This document shows, in pieces, positions 43,618 through 53,099 of a stretch of 59,972 nucleotides of DNA. Below the pieces are notes generated by a model. That model did no database searches. It worked only from the letters and a program-made list of their open reading frames with translations, and was not told the DNA's origin. The translations under genes were made by a program, and so were the position numbers. Source of the stretch: Candidatus Izemoplasma sp. GTDB lineage: Bacteria > Bacillota_I > Bacilli_A > Izemoplasmatales > Izemoplasmataceae. The stretch is taken from positions 1 to 59,972 of the forward strand of contig SKFS01000153.1 in NCBI GenBank assembly GCA_007117885.1, written 5' to 3'. The number at the start of each line of letters is the position of its first letter. The first letter of the stretch is position 1.

Positions 43618-44616
43618 TTAACGCTTGCGCCCTAAACCGAGTTTATGGTTTAGTTTAGCGACTTTTTTTGCGGCAATTCGCGCAGCATACGCGCTTCCTT
43701 CATCTAAGAAACGATCGAGATCATCACTTGCTATAATCGCTTGATAGCGCTCTTGTATCGGTTTTAACTCAGCCACTACCACATCGGCAACGGCTTTTTT
43801 AAAGTCTTGATAACTCGTGGTTTCAAACTGTTTTTCAATGGTTTCTATCGAGGTGTTCGTTATCGCCCCATAGATGGTCATTAAGTTTGAAATACCGGGT
43901 TTTTCAGATTTGTCAAAACGAATCGTTTGATCGCTATCGGTGACCGCAGACATAATGCGTTTACGGATGATCACCTCATCATCTAAAAGTAGAATACGTG
44001 ATTTAATGTAATCATCCGATTTACTCATTTTTTTATCGGGTTCAATCAAACTCATAATCCGTGCGCCAACTTTAGGAATGAGTGGCTTTGGCACGGTAAA
44101 AAACTCACCGACACGTTTATTGACGCGCATCGCGATATCGCGTGTTAATTCAAGATGCTGTTTTTGGTCTTCACCAACAGGGACATACTCTGCATCATAA
44201 AGTAAAATATCGCCGGCCATTAACACAGGATAGGTAAATAGACTCGAAGCCACACCCGCAACTTGTCGTTGGGACTTTTCTTTATACTGTGTCATTCTTT
44301 CAAGTTCACCCATATAGGTAAAACATTGGAGTAAATACGCCATTTGAGAATGGGCAGGAATCTCAGATTGGACAAACAGACTAAGCTTTTCACGCTTCAG
44401 CCCGCAGGCTAAGTAAAGTGCAGCCAACTCTTTTATTGTTTTCCGTAATGCGATGCGATCACGGGGCACTGTAATGGCATGTAAATCGGCAATAAACAAA
44501 AAGAAATGGTGCTCAGGATAACTTTCTTGCAACTTAACAAAATTACGAATACTCCCTAAATAGGTTCCAATATTTAAAGAACCCGTGGGTTGAATGCCGG
44601 ATACGATATGTTTCAT
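43618..44616 (-). CDS. trpS: Tryptophan--tRNA ligase
   Basis: Class I motifs GIQPTG..NIGTYLG (HIGH-like region) and KMSKS (KKMSKSD). 332 aa. Preceded by a T-box leader with a TGG specifier. Confidence 0.93.
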   Translation of the reverse strand: MKHIVSGIQPTGSLNIGTYLGSIRNFVKLQESYPEHHFFLFIADLHAITVPRDRIALRKTIKELAALYLACGLKREKLSLFVQSEIPAHSQMAYLLQCFTYMGELERMTQYKEKSQRQVAGVASSLFTYPVLMAGDILLYDAEYVPVGEDQKQHLELTRDIAMRVNKRVGEFFTVPKPLIPKVGARIMSLIEPDKKMSKSDDYIKSRILLLDDEVIIRKRIMSAVTDSDQTIRFDKSEKPGISNLMTIYGAITNTSIETIEKQFETTSYQDFKKAVADVVVAELKPIQERYQAIIASDDLDRFLDEGSAYAARIAAKKVAKLNHKLGLGRKR

Positions 44617-44850
44617 GATTCTTTCACTCCTCTTTAATAAAAAACGCCCCTAACGACAGTTAAGGGCGAGTTATCGCGGTACCACCTTAATTCTAGTCTA
44701 TGACTAGCACTCTTCCTTTAACGCAGGGTCACGGATGCGATTAAGCACCACTCACAGATCCATTCCTACTTTCGTTTTTGTTTAGCTTGCACCGTCCTAA
44801 ACTCGCTCGGTAAAACAACCAGTAGTACTCTTTCCGCTCTTTGTGTTATC
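44617..44850 (-). promoter_or_regulatory. T-box riboswitch leader (Trp) for trpS
   Basis: On the minus strand: the T-box sequence gaattaaGGTGGTACCGCG (plus 44675-44693) and the terminator cgcccttaac..gttaggggcg plus TTTTTT (plus 44639-44668). A candidate specifier GAA-TGG-A is at plus 44760-44762. Confidence 0.85.
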
Positions 44851-44865
44851 TATAGTGTACAAAAC

Positions 44866-46626
44866 TTATGATTTTAATGCAAGTTCTAATTCATCGATGA
44901 GTGTTTTTAGACGATTAGTCACCGCTGTAAAAGCATCTTTCTTCGTTAAATCGATGCCCGCTTTCTTCACTTGGTCAACAGGAAAATCATTGCCACCCGC
45001 ACTTAATAGTGCCATATGCTTTTCAATATTTCTAGGATCCTCTTTAACTAACTCGTAGAGTTTTAAACTCGCAGCAAAACTCGTGGCATATTGGTAAACA
45101 TAGTAAGGGGTATTAAATAAATGAGGAATGTAAGCCCAAATATACGATTTGCCAGGTTCTTCACTTATGTCAATAGCGTAATAATCGAGGTACAACTCCT
45201 GCATGATTTTTGACAAAGCCTCGTGGGTGATTGGTTCCCCTTTTTCCGCTAACTCATGCGCTCTTAACTCATAGGTTGCAAACAATGTTTGCCGGAAGAA
45301 CGTCGCTAAAATATCGTCAATGGACTGTTGTAAAAGCATAATTTTATCATCGTTAGACCCTTTATTATTGTCGATGAAATAATCGAGCAATAAATGCTCA
45401 TTAAACGTTGAGGCAATCTCCGCAACAAAAATGGTGTAGCTTTGTGTTGCAACCGGTTGGGCTTCATGGGCAAACAAAGAATGCATTGAGTGGCCCGCCT
45501 CATGCGCTAAGGTGAAGACACTGTTCAACGTATCGTCGTAGTTGAGAAGAATAAATGGATGCTCATTCACGGCACCCCATGAGTAAGCTCCGGTTTGTTT
45601 ACCTTCTTGTTCATAAACATCCACATAGCCATCTTCTAGTGCCTCATAAGCCTTATCCTTAAAGCGCGCATCTAAATGATTTAACGATTCAAAAAATAAA
45701 TGCTTGGCTTCATCGTAAGAATACTGACTCTTACTAACGGCTAAAGGCATGAAACGATCGAAGGTACGATGTTTTTTAAGATGTAAAACCTGTTTACGAA
45801 TCGCATAATAGCGTTTGATTAAATCCGTACTCTCGTGTGCGACCGACACAAGATTATGGTAGACAACAGGGTCTATTTTGTTGCTATGTAGATACGATTC
45901 TAAACTAGTGTTATAGCCCCTTGATTTCATTTGGGCTAAATCAGCTTGCAGCACAGTATTATAAATTTGCGCATACGTGTACTTATGATCAGCGTAATGG
46001 GAGAAAAAAGTCTTAAAGACGAGTTCGCGGTCATCGGCATCTTTAAGGTCCGCTAAATATGAGCGATAATTTCCACTTGTTAACGTAATTTCTTTCCCGT
46101 CTTTTAAGACCACTTTTTTAGAGCTGTTATCGGATACAGCTAAAGCACTATAAAGGCTTGATCCTTGAGACGATAACTGCCGATAATTAGCAAGTAAACC
46201 TTCACTTTTCGCGTCTAAAACATACGCTTGCCGATGGAACAACTGCTCGACTGAAAAACGGTACTCCTCAAGTTCAGCATCGCGATCGATATAGGACAGT
46301 ACTTTTTCTTTACCCATCGCTAAAATCTCTGGGGCATCAAAGGCAGTGGCCCGGGTAATCTCACTAAGTAAATAACCGACTTTTTGCACACGTGCTGCAT
46401 TTTCCACAACCTTTTTATTTAAATCACTTTTTAAGGCGGCATATTGATAAAGCTTATGAAGCTTAATCGTGATTTCACGCTGTCTCAAGTAGTATTTTTT
46501 AAAAACGTCAAACTCGTGCAATAATCCTTGATAACTAGGGATTTCCTTAAGCACTTCACTCAGTTCTTGAAAATCCTTCTCCCAATCGCTTAGACTTGCA
46601 TATAAGTTCTCAAGTTTCCACTTCAT
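44866..46626 (-). CDS. pepF: Oligoendopeptidase F (M3B family)
   Basis: HEAGHSMH zinc motif, 586 aa, and an N-terminal MKWKLENLY... region typical of PepF. Confidence 0.9.
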   Translation of the reverse strand: MKWKLENLYASLSDWEKDFQELSEVLKEIPSYQGLLHEFDVFKKYYLRQREITIKLHKLYQYAALKSDLNKKVVENAARVQKVGYLLSEITRATAFDAPEILAMGKEKVLSYIDRDAELEEYRFSVEQLFHRQAYVLDAKSEGLLANYRQLSSQGSSLYSALAVSDNSSKKVVLKDGKEITLTSGNYRSYLADLKDADDRELVFKTFFSHYADHKYTYAQIYNTVLQADLAQMKSRGYNTSLESYLHSNKIDPVVYHNLVSVAHESTDLIKRYYAIRKQVLHLKKHRTFDRFMPLAVSKSQYSYDEAKHLFFESLNHLDARFKDKAYEALEDGYVDVYEQEGKQTGAYSWGAVNEHPFILLNYDDTLNSVFTLAHEAGHSMHSLFAHEAQPVATQSYTIFVAEIASTFNEHLLLDYFIDNNKGSNDDKIMLLQQSIDDILATFFRQTLFATYELRAHELAEKGEPITHEALSKIMQELYLDYYAIDISEEPGKSYIWAYIPHLFNTPYYVYQYATSFAASLKLYELVKEDPRNIEKHMALLSAGGNDFPVDQVKKAGIDLTKKDAFTAVTNRLKTLIDELELALKS

Positions 46627-46811
46627 AAATGATCCTCCATTTGGTATAATAAATACTCAAGTATTATAGCATAGAAAAATATAAAGCTAAATTGCTTATG
46701 CAAACATTTACATAAATATTCGCTTTTATTTTTTTCTAAATTATGTTATAATTAAGCTACAAAAACAAGGAAATTGAAGATAGATAAATTTTGCTAAAGG
46801 GAGGTTGCAAA

Positions 46812-47279
46812 ATGATCCAAATGTATACGACACCGAGCTGTTCATCTTGTCGAAAAGCAAAGAAGTGGTTTGAAGAACACCGCATTGAATACCGCGAGAA
46901 GAACATCTTTAACATTAAGTTAACCCGCGAAGATATCATGTTGATGTTGAAAAACACTGAGAATGGTTTTGAAGATATTATTTCTACGCGTTCAAAAGTG
47001 TTTCAAGATCACGATTTAGATATTGAGGAAATGTCAATGAAAGATCTCACTCAGTTTATTATTGAAAACCCTAGTGTATTAAGACGTCCGATTATTATTG
47101 AAGACAACAAAATGCAAGTCGGTTACAACGAAGACGAGATTCGTACATTTATTCCTAAGCGATTACGTGAAATCATCATGTGCACCACCTGTGACAAAGG
47201 TGAGGACTGTGATTATGTCAACGCCTTAGAACTCTATTTTAAAGAGTTAAAACAAAAAGATGTAACCCGTGGTTCATAA
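46812..47279 (+). CDS. spx: Spx/ArsC-family redox-sensing regulator with an extended Cys-containing C-terminus
   Basis: MIQMYTTPSCSSCRKAKKWFEEH (CxxC), STRSKVF, LRRPII and VGYNEDEIRTF match Spx along its whole core. ATG at 46812 lies 7 nt after GGGAGG. Confidence 0.85.
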   Translation: MIQMYTTPSCSSCRKAKKWFEEHRIEYREKNIFNIKLTREDIMLMLKNTENGFEDIISTRSKVFQDHDLDIEEMSMKDLTQFIIENPSVLRRPIIIEDNKMQVGYNEDEIRTFIPKRLREIIMCTTCDKGEDCDYVNALELYFKELKQKDVTRGS

Positions 47280-47281
47280 GA

Positions 47282-47304
47282 AAACACCGAGAGGTGTTTT
47301 TTTC
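47282..47304 (+). terminator. Terminator after spx
   Basis: Stem aaacacc/ggtgttt, loop gaga, then a T-run. Confidence 0.8.
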
Positions 47305-47376
47305 TTTTATAAAGGGAAAACTTACTGATTAGACATAAAAGTAGTAATACAGATTATTGGAAAGGTTTACATGCCC

Positions 47377-47390
47377 TGAAAACGTTTTTA
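47377..47390 (+). promoter_or_regulatory. cre-like palindrome upstream of the gap promoter
   Basis: TGAAAACGTTTTTA matches the CcpA cre consensus TGWAANCGNTNWCA at 13 of 14 positions. The core AAAACGTTTT is a perfect palindrome. It lies about 16 nt upstream of the putative -35. Confidence 0.3.
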
Positions 47391-47405
47391 TATGACCGTT
47401 ATCTG

Positions 47406-47434
47406 TTGTGTTTTATAGGGGTTTTGTCTATAAT
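47406..47434 (+). promoter_or_regulatory. Putative sigma-A promoter of gap
   Basis: TTGTGT (47406-47411), 17 nt, TATAAT (47429-47434). Confidence 0.45.
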
Positions 47435-47470
47435 AAATGTGTATGATAAAAACATAGGAGGACATAAATT

Positions 47471-48478
47471 ATGTCAGTAAAAGTTGCAATTAACGGATTT
47501 GGTCGAATCGGCCGTTTAGCGTTCCGTATGATGTATGGTGATAGCGATTATGAAATCGTTGCACTCAATGATTTAACGGACGCAGAAAGTTTAGCGTATC
47601 TCTTAAAGTACGACACTGCTCAGGGACGCTACAAGGAAAATGATATTACTTACTCAGGAAATGACTTAATCATCGATGGAAAAAGCGTTAAGGTATATGC
47701 TGAAAAAGACCCAGAGAACTTACCATGGAAAGAACTTGGTGTTGACGTGGTTTTAGAATGTACTGGTTTCTTTACCAGCAAAGACAAAGCGTTAAAGCAT
47801 GTTAAAGCCGGGGCAAAAAAAGTTGTTGTGAGTGCACCCGCTAAAGGCGATTTAAAAACAGTGGTATTCAATGTAAACCACGATATTTTAGACGGCTCTG
47901 AAGAAGTGATTAGTGCAGCGTCATGTACCACTAACTGCTTAGCACCACTGGTAAAAGTTTTAGACGATAATTTTGGTGTTGATCGTGGTTTTATGACAAC
48001 CGTGCATGCGTATACCAATGATCAAAATACTTTAGACGGTCCACATCCTAAGGGGATTCATGCGCGTCGTGCGCGTGCCGCTGCAGAAAACATTGTCCCG
48101 ACTACAACAGGCGCTGCCGCTGCAGTTGGCCTTGTATTACCGCATCTAAATGGCCGTTTAGATGGTATGGCTCTTCGTGTTCCTACTGTCACAGGTTCAG
48201 CCGTAGATTTAGTGGTCGAACTTAAAAAAGATGTGACGGTTGAGGAAATCAACGCTGCAGTTAAAGCTTCCGCAAATGAAACGTTAGGTTATACTGAAGA
48301 TCCTGTCGTTTCTAGTGACACGATTGGTATGTACTACGGGTCATTATTCGATGCTCAAATGACATCGATTCTTGATACAGATGGAAGAAAACTTGTAAAA
48401 GTTCTTGCTTGGTACGACAACGAAATGAGCTATGTAGCCCAAATGGTTCGTGTCATTAAATACTTAGCAGTTCGATAA
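47471..48478 (+). CDS. gap: Type I glyceraldehyde-3-phosphate dehydrogenase
   Basis: INGFGRIGR, the [10 protein letters not shown] active site and WYDNE motifs. 335 aa. Confidence 0.95.
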   Translation: MSVKVAINGFGRIGRLAFRMMYGDSDYEIVALNDLTDAESLAYLLKYDTAQGRYKENDITYSGNDLIIDGKSVKVYAEKDPENLPWKELGVDVVLECTGFFTSKDKALKHVKAGAKKVVVSAPAKGDLKTVVFNVNHDILDGSEEVISAASCTTNCLAPLVKVLDDNFGVDRGFMTTVHAYTNDQNTLDGPHPKGIHARRARAAAENIVPTTTGAAAAVGLVLPHLNGRLDGMALRVPTVTGSAVDLVVELKKDVTVEEINAAVKASANETLGYTEDPVVSSDTIGMYYGSLFDAQMTSILDTDGRKLVKVLAWYDNEMSYVAQMVRVIKYLAVR

Positions 48479-48484
48479 AAAAAT

Positions 48485-48508
48485 AACCACCGCGAGGTGG
48501 TTTTTTTT
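48485..48508 (+). terminator. Terminator after gap
   Basis: Stem aaccacc/ggtggtt, loop gcga, then TTTTTTTT. It abuts the stop of the convergent DUF2812 gene. Confidence 0.8.
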
Positions 48509-49004
48509 ATGGCATGGTTTGACTTTTTTTATAAAGATATGCCCGAAACATCAAAGAACATGAGTAAAGCACCAATAAAACACTCGCAAAAATAAGCAAA
48601 TAGCTTGAAAAATGTAGAGAAATGCCGAACCATCCAAGACCAAACAGTGAAAATGCCATCAAAAAGTTTAAGAGGCCAAGCTTTCGATAGTAGGTGAATC
48701 TTTCCTTTAAATCCGTATAAAGATTAAAGCCTCCTTGATGGATTGGTTTACGCAAATATAACCAACGTCTTTGGTGGATAACCACGGTGATTTGCTTTTT
48801 TTTGAAAGCTTGTTTTGCTTTATCGATATCAAAATCGCGTGGGACACACTCGATGCGAACAGAATCTTGATTCGCTTTACTTTCAGTAAACCGATAACTA
48901 AAGAGGGTTTTACCTAATAGTTTTTGTCCTAAAGCGCTCATTTGATTTAGCCAACGTTCTTCCTTTTCCTTTGTTAAGAACAGTTTAATGACTCTATAGT
49001 TCAT
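48507..49004 (-). CDS. DUF2812-like membrane protein
   Basis: N-terminal KLFLTKEKEERWLNQMSALGQKL resembles DUF2812 proteins that usually accompany PadR regulators. Two C-terminal TM helices. ATG at 49004 after GAAAGGG. Confidence 0.55.
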   Translation of the reverse strand: MNYRVIKLFLTKEKEERWLNQMSALGQKLLGKTLFSYRFTESKANQDSVRIECVPRDFDIDKAKQAFKKKQITVVIHQRRWLYLRKPIHQGGFNLYTDLKERFTYYRKLGLLNFLMAFSLFGLGWFGISLHFSSYLLIFASVLLVLYSCSLMFRAYLYKKSQTMP

Positions 49005-49024
49005 CTCAAACACCCTTTCTTAAA

Positions 49025-49069
49025 CCCTATTTTAGTTATTTTAAGCGAGCCTGTCAAACTAAAATAGGG
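49025..49069. repeat. 13-bp perfect inverted repeat in the DUF2812/pepP divergent intergenic region
   Basis: ccctattttagtt (49025-49037) and aactaaaataggg (49057-49069), separated by a 19-nt spacer. Confidence 0.6.
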
Positions 49070-49116
49070 GGTTTAATATCGGCTATTCCATGCTATAATG
49101 TTTGAGAGGTGATAGC

Positions 49117-50379
49117 ATGCAACAACATCCAATAATCGCAAGAGAAAAACTCTACACACGACTAGATCAAGACAGTGCCGTCGTACTTTATTCTGGAAAA
49201 GCGCCCCATCGAACGCTCGATCAATATTATTTATATACACCCCAACGAAATTTCTTTTACTTAACTAACCTATCTGAGCCGTCGATGATTCTTTTGCTTT
49301 TAAAAGGAAAGAAAGACACCAAAACCTATTTGTTTATTGAAGAAAACACGGACTTAATCATTAAATGGGAAGGCGCTCGAATGACGAAAGAAGAAGCCCA
49401 TGAAAAATCACAGATTCCACTTGAAAATATCTTCTATCTCAATGACTTTGATAAGCTATTTAATCAGGCAATGAACTACGCTAGAAGTATTTTAGGGACA
49501 CCCCCTAAGACCCTTTACCTTGATTTGTACCATGAATCCTTTAGCGTAAAGCCTAAAGCACTGAATCAAGCGCAAACACTGATAGAAAACTATCCTGAGT
49601 TAACGATTAAAAATATCAATGAACACTTAGGGTATTTAAGAATGTTTAAAACAGATGATGAAATCGTCGAAATTCAAAAAGCGATTGCGCATACGAACGT
49701 AGGCTTAGCGGCGATTTTAAGTAAGCTGAAACACCGCGAGTACGAGTATCAACTCTTTGCTGACTTCGTTCATGCCATCACGTTTGACGGTAGCGAAGGT
49801 TGTGCCTTTGATACCATCGCTGCAAGCGGTAAAAACGCCACAGTGCTTCATTATGTAAAAAACAATGATAGACTGCACAAAGGCGATTTGATTTTGTTTG
49901 ACCTCGGGGCGTTACACGCCAATTATGGTGCGGACATTTCTCGCACTTACCCGATTAGTGGACAGTTTACAGAACGTCAGAAAGTGCTTTATTCGATTGT
50001 TCTAACGGTCAATAAAGAAACCATTGAATTTATCAAACCAGGGATTACCTGGAAAGAATTAAATGCGTTTGCTAAAACACGCTTAATTGAAGAAACTAAA
50101 CGCATTGGTCTGATTAAGGAAGACCAAGAGATTACCAACTATTATTATCATTCAATCGGGCATTTCTTAGGTCTTGACGTTCACGATGTCGGCCTTTATG
50201 ATCAACCGCTGGAAGAAGGCATGGTTTTAACGATTGAACCCGGTCTTTATGTTGCCGAAGAAGGCATTGGGATTCGTATTGAAGACGACGTCTTAGTGAC
50301 CGCTGAGGGTTCCGTGAATCTCAGTGCATCGATTCCTAAAGAAATTGAAGAAATAGAGGAAATACTAAAGCGCACATAG
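49117..50379 (+). CDS. Xaa-Pro aminopeptidase/dipeptidase (M24B family)
   Basis: Creatinase-like N-domain, then the M24 metal-ligand blocks FDLGALHANYGADISRT, HSIGHFLGLDVHD, LTIEPG and IRIEDDV. Confidence 0.88.
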   Translation: MQQHPIIAREKLYTRLDQDSAVVLYSGKAPHRTLDQYYLYTPQRNFFYLTNLSEPSMILLLLKGKKDTKTYLFIEENTDLIIKWEGARMTKEEAHEKSQIPLENIFYLNDFDKLFNQAMNYARSILGTPPKTLYLDLYHESFSVKPKALNQAQTLIENYPELTIKNINEHLGYLRMFKTDDEIVEIQKAIAHTNVGLAAILSKLKHREYEYQLFADFVHAITFDGSEGCAFDTIAASGKNATVLHYVKNNDRLHKGDLILFDLGALHANYGADISRTYPISGQFTERQKVLYSIVLTVNKETIEFIKPGITWKELNAFAKTRLIEETKRIGLIKEDQEITNYYYHSIGHFLGLDVHDVGLYDQPLEEGMVLTIEPGLYVAEEGIGIRIEDDVLVTAEGSVNLSASIPKEIEEIEEILKRT

Positions 50380-50388
50380 CGCTTTTTC
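50367..50388 (+). terminator. Terminator after the M24 peptidase gene
   Basis: Stem aaagcgc/gcgcttt around loop acata, then T residues. The stop codon lies inside the hairpin. Confidence 0.6.
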
Positions 50389-50476
50389 TTTGGGTCATAA
50401 ACCCACGCTTTTTACCAATCTATAAGGATTGACTTAGCCACTTCTATGTATGATATAATGGGAACGAGGTGATGAC

Positions 50477-52825
50477 GTGGACTATATCGAAGGTGTTGTG
50501 AAGCACATAACATTTTATAATCAAGATAATGCCTATGCGGTGATTAAACTCTCAGTGACAGAAACAAACGTTCGACGAGGTTTGTTTAACGATCTCGTGG
50601 ACGAAATGATGACGATCACTGGGTATTTTCCGCGTCCTATCAAAGGAGAAGCCTATCGTTTTTATGGCACGTTAACGACACACGAAAAATATGGTGAACA
50701 GTTTACCGCAACGTCCTATGAACGCGTTAGTGATATGAATACCGAAGGGTTAGTCGAATATTTATCGAGTGAGCTCTTTAAAGGTGTGGGGGAGAAAACC
50801 GCAGAGCGTGTCGTCGCGACGTTGGGAAAAAAAGCCATCAGCTTGATTCTTGAAAACCCCGATTGTTTAGACCGCGTGCCGAAGTTAAATCCTAAGCTGA
50901 AAAACGTCTTATATGAAGGGTTGAATGCCCATCGTGCTAATGAACAGACATTGATTAAACTTTATGGCTACGGCATTAGTTCACGTTTAGCGATGCGTAT
51001 TATTCATATTTATCAAGAAAAGACCATGCGCTTTTTAGAAGAAAACCCTTATCGGATGATTGATGAAATCGATGGGATTGGCTTTGAAAGAGCGGATTTC
51101 ATCGCGAAAAAGTTTGGTTTTGATGATCATCATCCTTTAAGAATCCGTGCAGTGTTAATCCATTACTTTAAAACGTTATGCTTGCAAAATGGCCACACCT
51201 ATTTGTGGAAAACTGAATTTTTTGAGACTGTCATGACACGATTGAATCAAGACCAAGAGCCGCTCGCAGAAGAAGATGTAATGCGGGCGTTTGATCGGTT
51301 AATCGAGACAGGAGAACTCGTAATAGAAGACGATCGGATTACCTTAAAGTCCATCGAAAAAGCTGAGCATGAGATTGTCGCGAAAATAAAGCGCCTAACA
51401 AGCGCGCCTCAGTCGATTGATTTAGCGCGGATTAATGCGCTGATCGAGGGCTTTCAAGAACGGCATCATATCCGTTACACAAGCACCCAAAAAACGGCGA
51501 TTGTTGAAGCACTACGAAACCAAATCTTCATTTTAACTGGCGGTCCAGGTACAGGGAAAACCACGGTTATACAAGGGTTAGTAGATATGTATTATCAATA
51601 CCATAAACTGAACCAACCGACAAGTGATCACAGCTCATTGATACATCTTGTTGCCCCCACGGGTCGTGCGGCTAAACGGATTAAAGAATCAACAGGCTAC
51701 CACGCGACAACTATCCACCGCTTATTAGGCTATAGTTATGATGGAAGTTATCAACACAATAAGTACCATCCTCTTGATGGCAACTTGTTTATTATTGATG
51801 AAGCATCGATGATCGATGTCTTTTTAGCGTCACAACTCTTTCAAAGTATACCTGATTACGCTCATATTGTGATTGTCGGTGACGACGCGCAGTTACCGAG
51901 TGTCGGTCCAGGTCAAGTGTTTAAAGATTTGCTTGAATCAAACGTCATCCCGGCGATTCGTTTAGATGTGATTCATCGCCAAGAAGAAGGCTCTAGTATC
52001 ATTGAACTCGCGCAAGCGATTCGTGACGGCAAACTTCCCGATAACCTTGATTCACAAAATAGCGATCGCTACATCTTTTCTGAAACTCCTAAGCAGTATT
52101 TACCACGATTAAAAAAAATCATTGCCTATCATCTCGATTCAGGGTATGACTTAAATGAAGATATCCAAGTGCTCATTCCGATGTATAAAGGCGAAACTGG
52201 GATTGACGAAACAAACCGTTATATACAAAGTCATTTTAATCATGATGATGGACCGAGCATTATGCATGGGGGACGGGTGTTTAAAGTCAACGACAAAGTT
52301 TTACAACTCGTTAATCAAGTTGAAGACGGCATTATGAATGGCGATCAAGGTAAAGTCATTGATGTGGATGAAGAAGCCGCGGAGATAACGGTTCAGTTTA
52401 TCGAACAAAACGTTACCTATAAAGCGAAAGATCTCAATAATTTAACCCATGCTTATGCCATGAGTATTCATAAATCTCAAGGTAGCGAGTACACGATTGT
52501 CATATTACCCATCTTTGCACAGTATAGTGTGATGTTAAAGCGAAAGCTTATATACACGGCGATTACCCGGGCAAAAAAACGGATTATTATTTTAGGAGAT
52601 ATTCGGCGTTTGCCCTATGCGATAACGCATGTTGAGGATCAGCGTCTGACGAAACTGAAAGATAAACTGACGCAAAACACGAATGAACAACCGAAAAAAA
52701 CGATTGAACCTTTACCTTTAAAGGTCAATAAACACCATCCGATTTACGATACTGCCATTCCTTTTGACACACTCGGTGAGGAAATGGATGGATTAACACC
52801 GTATGATTTTCTTGAACAAGAGTAG
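50477..52825 (+). CDS. recD2: RecD2-type SF1B ATP-dependent DNA helicase (YrrC-like)
   Basis: N-terminal OB/HhH region, then LTGGPGTGKTT, IIDEASMID, VGDDAQLPSVGPG, MSIHKSQGSEY and YTAITRAKK motifs. GTG start after GAGGTGAT. Confidence 0.88.
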   Translation: MDYIEGVVKHITFYNQDNAYAVIKLSVTETNVRRGLFNDLVDEMMTITGYFPRPIKGEAYRFYGTLTTHEKYGEQFTATSYERVSDMNTEGLVEYLSSELFKGVGEKTAERVVATLGKKAISLILENPDCLDRVPKLNPKLKNVLYEGLNAHRANEQTLIKLYGYGISSRLAMRIIHIYQEKTMRFLEENPYRMIDEIDGIGFERADFIAKKFGFDDHHPLRIRAVLIHYFKTLCLQNGHTYLWKTEFFETVMTRLNQDQEPLAEEDVMRAFDRLIETGELVIEDDRITLKSIEKAEHEIVAKIKRLTSAPQSIDLARINALIEGFQERHHIRYTSTQKTAIVEALRNQIFILTGGPGTGKTTVIQGLVDMYYQYHKLNQPTSDHSSLIHLVAPTGRAAKRIKESTGYHATTIHRLLGYSYDGSYQHNKYHPLDGNLFIIDEASMIDVFLASQLFQSIPDYAHIVIVGDDAQLPSVGPGQVFKDLLESNVIPAIRLDVIHRQEEGSSIIELAQAIRDGKLPDNLDSQNSDRYIFSETPKQYLPRLKKIIAYHLDSGYDLNEDIQVLIPMYKGETGIDETNRYIQSHFNHDDGPSIMHGGRVFKVNDKVLQLVNQVEDGIMNGDQGKVIDVDEEAAEITVQFIEQNVTYKAKDLNNLTHAYAMSIHKSQGSEYTIVILPIFAQYSVMLKRKLIYTAITRAKKRIIILGDIRRLPYAITHVEDQRLTKLKDKLTQNTNEQPKKTIEPLPLKVNKHHPIYDTAIPFDTLGEEMDGLTPYDFLEQE

Positions 52826-52865
52826 TCTTTTGAATTGCAATTTCAGGGAACTTTATATATAATGA

Positions 52866-53078
52866 AGTAAATCGTTGATGAAGACGAGTAAATAAGCATT
52901 TGTTTAAAGAGAGTTTGTGGGTGGTGTAAACAAACATCAGTGCTTATTGAAGCTCCTTTTGAGAGATGTTTTAAACACACATCCGCGGACCAGCGTTATG
53001 GTATTGAGTGCTAGTTTTAGAACTAAGGTGGTACCGCGGCATTGTTCGTCCTTAAAGATTTTTTAAGGGCGATTTTTA
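52866..53078 (+). promoter_or_regulatory. T-box riboswitch leader (Ala) for alaS
   Basis: Stem I arms aataagca/tgcttatt and tttgttta/taaacaaa, with an AGAGAG bulge. Candidate specifier GAA-GCT at 52952-52954. T-box sequence aactaaGGTGGTACCGCGG (53021-53039). Terminator cgtccttaaa..tttaagggcg plus a T-run. Confidence 0.85.
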
Positions 53079-53099
53079 ATGACTAAAGAGGTGATTGAT

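Noticed and set aside
44843-45058. 71-aa plus-strand ORF between trpS and pepF, considered as a possible small gene in the T-box region.
   Set aside because: It lies almost entirely antisense to the 3' end of pepF, with a Ser/Phe-rich translation and no ribosome-binding site. The intergenic part is accounted for by the minus-strand T-box leader.
6374-52825. The density of helicases and nucleases (AddB, AddA, RecG, RecD2, Nth, RuvX) might indicate a defence or anti-phage cluster.
   Set aside because: Each gene sits in its conserved Bacillus-type housekeeping neighbourhood (recG before plsX, recD2 before alaS, ruvX after alaS, nth after dnaD). All carry canonical repair-enzyme motifs. There are no associated sensor or effector genes.
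52952-52954. The alaS T-box candidate specifier GCT is followed by C rather than the usual purine, which might indicate a mis-assigned or non-functional leader.
   Set aside because: All other T-box elements are present: paired stem I arms, AG bulge, the GGTGGTACCGCG T-box sequence and a terminator with antiterminator overlap. GCU is the expected Ala codon. By-eye folding cannot fix the exact loop register, so this is not strong enough to report as an anomaly.
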